From: SAR86 cluster bacterium
Lineage (GTDB): Bacteria; Pseudomonadota; Gammaproteobacteria; Magnimaribacterales; Magnimaribacteraceae
Reading direction: 5' to 3'
Assembly: GCA_029268615.1 (NCBI GenBank)
Contig: JAQWNM010000004.1
Span: 37,966 to 101,965 of the forward strand
DNA: 64,000 bases
Under the pieces are notes generated by a model. That model was not told where the DNA came from and ran no database searches. It saw nothing but the letters and a program-made list of their open reading frames with translations. The translations under genes and the position numbers were made by a program. Positions within the stretch are counted from its first letter, which is position 1; each line of letters starts with the position of its first letter. Of the stretch, positions 57,627 to 64,000 are shown one piece after another.

Positions 57627-58847
57627 ATGTCTGGACCCCTTGAAGGATATAGAGTTCTGGAATTAACTTCCACTGTTTCTGGACCTTATGCAGGTATGGT
57701 GCTTGCAGACCAAGGTGCAGATGTCATAAAAGTAGAACCTCCAGGGATAGGTGACTTAGGAAGGTTTATGGGAAGTATTCGTAATGGTATGGCAGGAATG
57801 TTCTCTGTATTAAATAAGAATAAACGTTTTCTTGCTCTAGATCTAAAACAGGAAGTTGATTTAAATATCTTTTTTAAATTAGTTTCTACGTCAGATGTTC
57901 TGATTGAAAATTATAGACCTGGGGTAGTAAAAAAAATTGGTATAGATTATGAAACTCTAAAAAAATACAATCCTGAAATAATTTATTTATCTCTGACTGG
58001 TTATGGTCAATCTGGGCCATACAGTAAAAAACGAGTTTATGATCCATTGATACAAGCCACTGCCGGATCAGCTGCTGCTCAGAATAGTAAGAATCCAGAA
58101 TTCTTTAGATCGGTAGTATTTGATAAAGTTTCGGGTTTAACTTCTGCCCAAGCAATAACTGCTGCCATTGTCCAAAAAGAGAAAACTGGAAAAGGCCAAT
58201 ATATTCCTATTTCAATGTTAGATAGCGCTCTATACTATTTGTGGCCAGATGTTTGGTGGTCAAGAGTCTGGCTAGAAGAAGGGTCTGTACATGCAGGAGA
58301 GCTTGCTGATTATTTTCCAATTTTTAATGCAAAAGATAAGTCAGTTATTGTAGCTTTAGTAGCTGATCCCCATTTTGAAGCATTTTGTAAGGTAATTGAC
58401 TCTAAATTATATGAAGATCCTAAATTCTCTTCTTTTGCACAAAGATTAATAAATCAGAAAGAATTAGTAAAGAAAATAAATTTCCATCTAGAGAATATTG
58501 AATCAAAAGTCTTATGCAAAGAATTGGATGAATTAGGCATTCCTGTATCTACGGTAAATCAACTTGATGACGTGCATTTAGATGAACAAGTTATTGATCA
58601 AAAATCTCTTGTAGAGCCAACACACCCAATAGCAGGAAAAATGAGAATGCCAAGACCTCCAGCTAACTTTGGTGTTAATAAAGATTTTCCTCAAAGACAT
58701 GCTCTTGAATTGGGGCATCATTGCAGAGAGATTCTTTCCGAAATTAATATAGAAGATGATCATATAATCAGACTGGAAGAGCGTGAAAGAGCTTCTAAAA
58801 AAGGCATGGAAGATTTTCAACTAGCGCAAATAAATAAAGATGAATAA
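57627..58847 (+). CDS. Family III CoA-transferase (CaiB/BaiF family)
   Basis: 406 aa. LEGYRVLELTSTVSGPYAGMVLADQGADVIKVEPP, NKRFLALDLK, ENYRPGVVKKIG, YDPLIQA. Confidence 0.85.
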   Translation: MSGPLEGYRVLELTSTVSGPYAGMVLADQGADVIKVEPPGIGDLGRFMGSIRNGMAGMFSVLNKNKRFLALDLKQEVDLNIFFKLVSTSDVLIENYRPGVVKKIGIDYETLKKYNPEIIYLSLTGYGQSGPYSKKRVYDPLIQATAGSAAAQNSKNPEFFRSVVFDKVSGLTSAQAITAAIVQKEKTGKGQYIPISMLDSALYYLWPDVWWSRVWLEEGSVHAGELADYFPIFNAKDKSVIVALVADPHFEAFCKVIDSKLYEDPKFSSFAQRLINQKELVKKINFHLENIESKVLCKELDELGIPVSTVNQLDDVHLDEQVIDQKSLVEPTHPIAGKMRMPRPPANFGVNKDFPQRHALELGHHCREILSEINIEDDHIIRLEERERASKKGMEDFQLAQINKDE

Positions 58848-59658
58848 CAAAGAAGGGTATAGTAATTTTTTAGAAGATACAGTTGTCACTCAACAATCGG
58901 ATACATCTTTATCTGCTGAGGTTTCAGATAGGTGGAGTATAGGAGGTACTGCAAATGGAGGATATTCTATGGTTTTAGCAGCCAAGGCATTATCAAAAGT
59001 TTTGCCCCATAAAGATCCTTTAAGTATATCTGGCCATTATCTTGATAGAGTAGAACCAGGTCCTTTATTAATGGAGGTAGAGATTCTTAAATTAGGTAAA
59101 AGTATATCTACGGCTAATATTAAACTTATTCAGAATGGATCTGAAAAGATAAGATTTATTGGGAGTTTTACTGATTTTCATCATGCCAAGGGAGAAACAT
59201 ATATGCACCATGCTGCTCCTGAATTTCCCCCTATCGAAGAATGCATTAAACCTCCATTTAAGACTGGTTTTAGTCCTAATTTAGAGTTACAGATTGATAA
59301 ACGTTATACTCAAGATTCAGTATGGTGGGAAGATGTTTCTTTGGATAATAATGCTCAATTAAATCTCTATATGTCGTGGCCAAATCAAGAACCATATGAT
59401 TTATTTTCTTTAATTTTATTTTTAGATGCAACTACACCACCCATTTTTAATAGGATTGGAGCGCGAGGTTGGGTGCCTACTATTTCTTTAGCTTCCCATA
59501 TAAGAGCCATTCCCTCAAATGGACCTCTTCGTACAATAGCTAAAACTCAGTATTTAGTAGATGGATACTTAGAAGAAGATAGAGAGATATGGGATTCTGA
59601 AGGACGACTAGTTGCTTTATCTAGGCAAATGGCAAAATTAAGGTTACCAAAAAAATAA
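58840..59658 (+). CDS. Acyl-CoA thioesterase-like protein (double hot-dog, TesB-related)
   Basis: 272 aa. Overlaps the upstream gene by 8 nt. GGTANGGY near the N-terminus and size and pattern like thioesterase-II-like proteins. Family call is moderate. Confidence 0.6.
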   Translation: MNNKEGYSNFLEDTVVTQQSDTSLSAEVSDRWSIGGTANGGYSMVLAAKALSKVLPHKDPLSISGHYLDRVEPGPLLMEVEILKLGKSISTANIKLIQNGSEKIRFIGSFTDFHHAKGETYMHHAAPEFPPIEECIKPPFKTGFSPNLELQIDKRYTQDSVWWEDVSLDNNAQLNLYMSWPNQEPYDLFSLILFLDATTPPIFNRIGARGWVPTISLASHIRAIPSNGPLRTIAKTQYLVDGYLEEDREIWDSEGRLVALSRQMAKLRLPKK

Positions 59659-59686
59659 CTTTTCTAATGGCTTGAATATACTTGCT

Positions 59687-59717
59687 TATGTTAAAGTTCT
59701 GCTCGAAATTTAACATA
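59687..59717. repeat. 9-bp perfect inverted repeat with 13-nt spacer upstream of the MoxR-like gene
   Basis: TATGTTAAA (59687-59695) / TTTAACATA (59709-59717), ending 10 nt before the ATG at 59727. Confidence 0.5.
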
Positions 59718-59726
59718 GGATGAAAT

Positions 59727-60578
59727 ATGAACTTTAAAGGGACTGATAAATATATATCAACAGAAGATTTAAGTATGTCAGTAAATGCATCTATTGCATT
59801 AGAAAGACCTCTATTAATAAAAGGAGAACCAGGAACAGGTAAAACAATGTTAGCGGAAGAGGTTGCTTCTTCATTAAATATGCCTTTAATTGAATGGAAT
59901 ATAAAATCAACTACCAAGGCACGACAAGGGCTATATGAGTATGATGCTGTTACTCGTCTAAGAGACTCTCAACTTGGAGATGAGAGAGTCAATGATATTT
60001 CAAATTACATAGAAAAAGGTAAACTTTGGGAAGCATTTACTGCAAAGGAGAGAGTCGTATTATTGATAGATGAGATTGATAAAGCAGATATAGAGTTTCC
60101 TAATGACCTTCTGCAAGAATTAGACAAAATGGAATTTTTTGTTTACGAAACCAAAGAGACTATTAAGGCTGTCAACAGACCTGTAGTAATTATTACAAGT
60201 AATAATGAAAAGGAATTACCTGATGCTTTTTTGAGAAGATGTTTCTTTCATTATATAAACTTTCCAGATAGATCAACCATGGAGCAAATTGTAGATGTCC
60301 ATCATCCAGATATTAAAAAGAATTTAGTAAAGGAAGCCTTGGATATATTCTTTGATATAAGAAAAGTACCTGGGATGAAGAAAAAACCTTCAACTTCAGA
60401 AGTAATAGATTGGATTAAACTATTAATGTCTGATGATTTACCAGATGAAATCCTTCAGAATAGAGATCCATCAAAGGCTATTCCACCTTTATATGGGGCA
60501 TTGGTTAAGAATGAGCAAGATGTTCAACTACTTGAAAGGCTAGCTTTTATGGCCCGAAGAGAAGCAAATAATTCTTAA
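59727..60578 (+). CDS. MoxR/CbbQ-type AAA+ ATPase (AAA_5)
   Basis: 283 aa. Walker A GEPGTGKT, Walker B LLIDEIDK, sensor/arginine region ITSNNEKELPDAFLRRC. Confidence 0.88.
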   Translation: MNFKGTDKYISTEDLSMSVNASIALERPLLIKGEPGTGKTMLAEEVASSLNMPLIEWNIKSTTKARQGLYEYDAVTRLRDSQLGDERVNDISNYIEKGKLWEAFTAKERVVLLIDEIDKADIEFPNDLLQELDKMEFFVYETKETIKAVNRPVVIITSNNEKELPDAFLRRCFFHYINFPDRSTMEQIVDVHHPDIKKNLVKEALDIFFDIRKVPGMKKKPSTSEVIDWIKLLMSDDLPDEILQNRDPSKAIPPLYGALVKNEQDVQLLERLAFMARREANNS

Positions 60579-60583
60579 AATTT

Positions 60584-61759
60584 ATGTTTATTTCTCTTTT
60601 CAATACTCTTAAAGAGACGGGAGTGCCTTGCACGCTGAGAGAGCTTTTAGATCTTAATTCAGCAATAGAAAAAAAATTAGCTTTTGCAGATATGCAAGAT
60701 TTTTATTTTTTAAGTAGAGCTGTTCTTGTAAAAGATGAAAAACATTATGACAAATTTGACAGAGCATTTGATATATATTTTAAAGGATTAGAAACACTCG
60801 ATGATGTGATAGAGATGTTAGTGCCAGATGAATGGCTAAAAGCTGAATTCGAAAAGTTTTTAACTGAAGAAGAGATGGCTAAGATAGAAACTCTAGGGGG
60901 CTTAGAAAAACTTCTAGAAGAGTTCAAGAAAAGGATGGAAGAGCAGGATGAGCGCCATGAAGGTGGCAGTAAATGGGTAGGTACTGACGGCACATCTCCA
61001 TTTGGCAATAATGGTGATCATCCCGAAGGAATAAGAGTTGGAGGAGAAGGAAAGAAAGGCAAAGCAGTAAAGATCTGGGAACAAAGAGACTTTAAAAATT
61101 TAGATGACTCTATCCAGTTAGGAACTAGAAATATCAAGGTTGCTTTAAGAAGATTAAGAAAGTTAGTCAGAGATAGTGCGGATGAAGAATTTGATTTAGA
61201 TGGAACAGTCCGAACAACTTCACAAAAGGCAGGCTTACTCGATATTCAATTTAGGCCTGAAAAAAGAAATGCTGTAAAAGTACTTGTCTTATTTGATGTT
61301 GGTGGATCTATGGATCCTCATGTAAAAATTTGTGAGGAACTATTTTCTGCATGCAAGACAGAATTTAAGAATCTTGAATTTTATTACTTTCATAATTTTA
61401 TATATGAATCAGTTTGGAAAGATAACAGAAGAAGACAAAATGAAAGGCTTTTAACAGATGACATCATACATAAATTTCCGGCTGACTATAAAATAATTTT
61501 TATTGGAGACGCAACTATGGCTCCTTATGAAATAACTAATCCAGGAGGGAGTATAGAACATTGGAATGAAGATTCAGGTGCCTTTTGGATGAAGAGAATA
61601 TCAAATATATATGATAAATTGATATGGTTAAATCCTGTTCCTGAAGATCATTGGGAATATAGTGCTTCTGTAGAGCTAACTCGAGCTTTAGTTGATGATA
61701 GAATGTTCCCTCTTACCATTAGAGGATTAGAGGAAAGTATGGCTTATTTGAGTAAGTAG
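60584..61759 (+). CDS. VWA-domain protein (CoxE-like partner of MoxR ATPases)
   Basis: 391 aa. N-terminal FxxxLRxxGVP-type motif (LFNTLKETGVPCTLRELLD). C-terminal VWA with MIDAS-like LFDVGGSMD. Confidence 0.8.
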   Translation: MFISLFNTLKETGVPCTLRELLDLNSAIEKKLAFADMQDFYFLSRAVLVKDEKHYDKFDRAFDIYFKGLETLDDVIEMLVPDEWLKAEFEKFLTEEEMAKIETLGGLEKLLEEFKKRMEEQDERHEGGSKWVGTDGTSPFGNNGDHPEGIRVGGEGKKGKAVKIWEQRDFKNLDDSIQLGTRNIKVALRRLRKLVRDSADEEFDLDGTVRTTSQKAGLLDIQFRPEKRNAVKVLVLFDVGGSMDPHVKICEELFSACKTEFKNLEFYYFHNFIYESVWKDNRRRQNERLLTDDIIHKFPADYKIIFIGDATMAPYEITNPGGSIEHWNEDSGAFWMKRISNIYDKLIWLNPVPEDHWEYSASVELTRALVDDRMFPLTIRGLEESMAYLSK

Positions 61760-61814
61760 TCCTTTAGGGTCTCTAAATTTTTTTAAACACTTATACCTAC
61801 TTAATATTTTAATC

Positions 61815-62732
61815 ATGACAAAAGCTCTAGAGATAATAAATTTAAGAAAAACCTATCTTGGTGGTTTAGAAGCTTTAAAAGGCATTGATTTAACGGTCAA
61901 AGAAGGCGATTTCTTCGCCTTGTTGGGACCTAACGGAGCAGGTAAGTCGACAACAATAGGTATTATTAGCTCCTTAGTAGTTAAAACTTCAGGACGAGTT
62001 AATCTCTTGGGTATAGATATTGATGAAAATCATTCCTTAGCTAAAAAGAAGTTAGGAGTTGTGGGGCAGGAAGTTAATTTCAATCAATTTGAAAAAGTAG
62101 GAGACATTGTCCTAAATCAAGCTGGTTATCATGGAATGAAAAGAAAAGATGCAAAAGAAAACACTAAACATTATATGCAGAAACTTGATATATGGGATAG
62201 AAGGAATGAAGTAGCTAGAACATTGTCAGGAGGCATGAAAAGAAGAGTTATGGTAGCTAAGGCTTTAGTGAATAATCCAGAACTTCTGATTCTAGATGAA
62301 CCAACAGCTGGTGTAGATATAGAATTAAGAAGATCTCTTTGGGAGTTTTTACTAGACATTAACAGATCGGGTACAACAATAATCTTGACCACTCACTATT
62401 TAGAAGAGGCGGAAAGACTCTGTAAAAATATAGCCATCATAGATAAAGGTGAAATAGTCGAAAATACAGGTATGCAAGAATTACTTTCAAGACTAGAAGT
62501 TGAAACATTTGTTTTAGATTTAAATTTAGATCTAAAACATTTACCTAAACTTGATGGTTTTACCTTTGCTCAACACCATCCAAAACAATTGACTGTCACT
62601 ATAAAGAAAGGCCAGAATCTAAATTCTGTTTTTTCTGAACTTTCTAATAAAAATGTCAGCGTAATTAGTATGCGTAATGAAACAGGAAGACTTGAAGAAT
62701 TATTTCTTAATTTAGTAGAGAACACAGCATAA
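61815..62732 (+). CDS. yadG: ABC transporter ATP-binding protein (ABC-2 type, YadG-like)
   Basis: 305 aa. Collinear with E. coli YadG (ALLGPNGAGKSTTIGIISSLV, LSGGMKRR, LLILDEPTAGVDIELRR, TTIILTTHYLEEAE). Confidence 0.9.
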   Translation: MTKALEIINLRKTYLGGLEALKGIDLTVKEGDFFALLGPNGAGKSTTIGIISSLVVKTSGRVNLLGIDIDENHSLAKKKLGVVGQEVNFNQFEKVGDIVLNQAGYHGMKRKDAKENTKHYMQKLDIWDRRNEVARTLSGGMKRRVMVAKALVNNPELLILDEPTAGVDIELRRSLWEFLLDINRSGTTIILTTHYLEEAERLCKNIAIIDKGEIVENTGMQELLSRLEVETFVLDLNLDLKHLPKLDGFTFAQHHPKQLTVTIKKGQNLNSVFSELSNKNVSVISMRNETGRLEELFLNLVENTA

Positions 62733-62737
62733 TTTGT

Positions 62738-63526
62738 ATGAATTCTTTAGAAATTATCATTGCTCTACAAACTATAGTTAGAAAAGAGATTCAAAGATTC
62801 ACTAGAATTTGGGCGCAAACACTTGTTCCTCCAGCTATTATGGTAGTTCTTTATTTTATTATTTTTGGAACATTAATCGGTTCGAGAGTTGGGCAGATGG
62901 GTGGTTTTGATTATATGCAATTTATGGTGCCTGGATTAATTATGATGTCAGTTATAAATAATTCTTATTCTAATGTTGTCTCATCATTTTTTGGAGTAAA
63001 GTTTCAGAATAGTATTGAAGAATTATTGGTCACAGGAATTCCTAATTCAATTATTCTTTGTGGATGGATACTGGGAGGAGTTGCAAGAGGCTTGATAGTG
63101 GGTTTTATGGTCACTATAGTTTCGTTGTTTTTCGCTGAGCTTACAGTCGTAAATTGGGGCTTAACAATCTTAGTTGTCATTCTAACTTCTATACTTTTTT
63201 CATTGGGAGGATTTCTTAATGCTCTTTTTGCAGAATCTTTTGATGACATTTCGATTGTTCCTACTTTTATTTTGACGCCTCTAATTTATTTAGGGGGAGT
63301 TTTTTACTCAATAAATTTACTTCCAGAATTTTGGAAGAATTTTTCATTGGCTAATCCTATTTTATATATGGTTAATGCCTTTAGAGAGGGTGTCTTGGGT
63401 GTCTCAGACTTATCTTCTTTAGGTATGTCCGTATATTATGCCATTTCAATGATCCTCTTTTTTATCGCCTTATTATTTACAATAAATCTGTATTTCTTAA
63501 ATAAAGGAAGAGGAATAAGGACTTAG
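62738..63526 (+). CDS. yadH: ABC-2 type transporter permease (YadH-like)
   Basis: 262 aa with 6 TM segments. Immediately follows the yadG-like gene. Confidence 0.85.
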   Translation: MNSLEIIIALQTIVRKEIQRFTRIWAQTLVPPAIMVVLYFIIFGTLIGSRVGQMGGFDYMQFMVPGLIMMSVINNSYSNVVSSFFGVKFQNSIEELLVTGIPNSIILCGWILGGVARGLIVGFMVTIVSLFFAELTVVNWGLTILVVILTSILFSLGGFLNALFAESFDDISIVPTFILTPLIYLGGVFYSINLLPEFWKNFSLANPILYMVNAFREGVLGVSDLSSLGMSVYYAISMILFFIALLFTINLYFLNKGRGIRT

Positions 63527-63528
63527 CC

Positions 63529-64000
63529 TTGCAAGAGAATAAATCTATTTTAGGGAAAAGAGTAAGTTCTCCTGACAAGTATTGCCCTCAAATATTGACT
63601 CCTATAAAAAGATATAAGTTAGAAAAATCTAAACTAAGTATCCACACCAAAAGAAATAAATCTTATGGCCAAGACTCTTTTACTTGTTATGAGCTAAGTT
63701 GGCTTAAGCACAGTGGAATTCCCAGTAATGGAATTCTCTATATAGACTATCCTTCAGAATCAAAGGCATTTATTGAATCAAAATCACTAAAACTTTATTT
63801 AAATTCATTGAATAACTACAAGTCAACAAGGAAAGAACTTAGAAAAACTATAAAATCAGATTTAGAGGATTGTCTTCGTTGCTCAATTAACTTGAGAATA
63901 TTAAATAAGCCTTTGCTCAGAAAATATCCTAATAGTTATAAGAGCATTAATACTTTAAGCATAAATAATATATATTCTAAGGTAGATAGATCTATTCTTG
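63529..64000 (+). CDS. queF: NADPH-dependent 7-cyano-7-deazaguanine (preQ0) reductase, two-domain type; 3' end beyond the window
   Basis: Not in the ORF track because there is no stop inside the window. The frame is open from the TTG at 63529 to the end. LGKRVSSPDKY..., FTCYELSWL..., IESKSLKLYLNSLNN parallel E. coli QueF (LGKSTDY, TLYELSWL, IESKSFKLYLNSFN). Confidence 0.85.
   Translation, partial: MQENKSILGKRVSSPDKYCPQILTPIKRYKLEKSKLSIHTKRNKSYGQDSFTCYELSWLKHSGIPSNGILYIDYPSESKAFIESKSLKLYLNSLNNYKSTRKELRKTIKSDLEDCLRCSINLRILNKPLLRKYPNSYKSINTLSINNIYSKVDRSIL

Noticed and set aside
821-63249. About 30 short ORFs (60-126 aa) in the track that lie antisense to or out of frame within larger genes. Examples: 821-1003, 3709-3918, 5407-5634, 9704-9940, 12531-12827, 14845-15108, 22020-22217, 25390-25593, 27779-28018, 41150-41530, 42338-42565, 43145-43369, 43702-43893, 45320-45565, 48327-48581, 48974-49159, 49352-49582, 50037-50222, 50212-50547, 51701-51895, 53234-53416, 53639-53893, 54011-54226, 55403-55681, 55802-56065, 58578-58820, 59621-59917, 60745-61008, 62171-62392, 63004-63249.
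   Set aside because: Each is embedded in a gene with strong family-level support on the other frame or strand. Their translations are low-complexity (S/L/I/P/K-rich), with no recognisable motifs and no plausible ribosome-binding context. They are most parsimoniously shadow ORFs.
1-64000. CRISPR arrays, transposases or IS elements, prophage genes, restriction-modification, toxin-antitoxin or other recognisable defence systems, and rRNA genes.
   Set aside because: None were found on either strand. The only methyltransferase is a small-molecule-type class I enzyme, and the only AAA+ pair is MoxR/VWA chaperone-like.

Overview
This is an AT-rich, tightly packed bacterial chromosomal segment. About 57 protein genes, 2 tRNAs and no rRNA are visible. 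Conserved gene orders (lon-hupB-ppiD; mltD-gloB / rnhA-dnaQ-gltX; panB-panC; yadG-yadH-queF) point to a gammaproteobacterium. The low G+C, short or overlapping gene junctions, frequent non-ATG starts, two TonB-dependent receptors and many lipid or glycoside catabolic genes suggest a streamlined marine lineage, possibly SAR86-like; that is inference only. Housekeeping genes are interleaved with accessory-type metabolism: two TonB-dependent receptors, an Opp-type ABC importer without ATPases, GH2 and GH3 glycosidases, a Rieske oxygenase, an HsaA-like flavin monooxygenase, SDRs, acyl-CoA dehydrogenase, an AMACR-like and a second family III CoA-transferase, a thioesterase, two GPH-type MFS paralogs flanking a rhomboid protease and a DUF3604 protein, an MMPL/HpnN-like RND transporter, and a MoxR-VWA pair. 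I saw no transposase, integrase, CRISPR array, prophage or recognisable defence system. The most notable unexplained signals are two G+C-enriched, strongly structured non-coding stretches. One is a roughly 235-nt multi-hairpin RNA with its own intrinsic terminator between tRNA-Arg and panBC. The other is a roughly 100-nt candidate sRNA (promoter, 5' hairpin, AU-rich body, strand-specific terminator) on the minus strand just upstream of ompW. Functional ideas about the catabolic clusters are hypotheses, not demonstrated facts.
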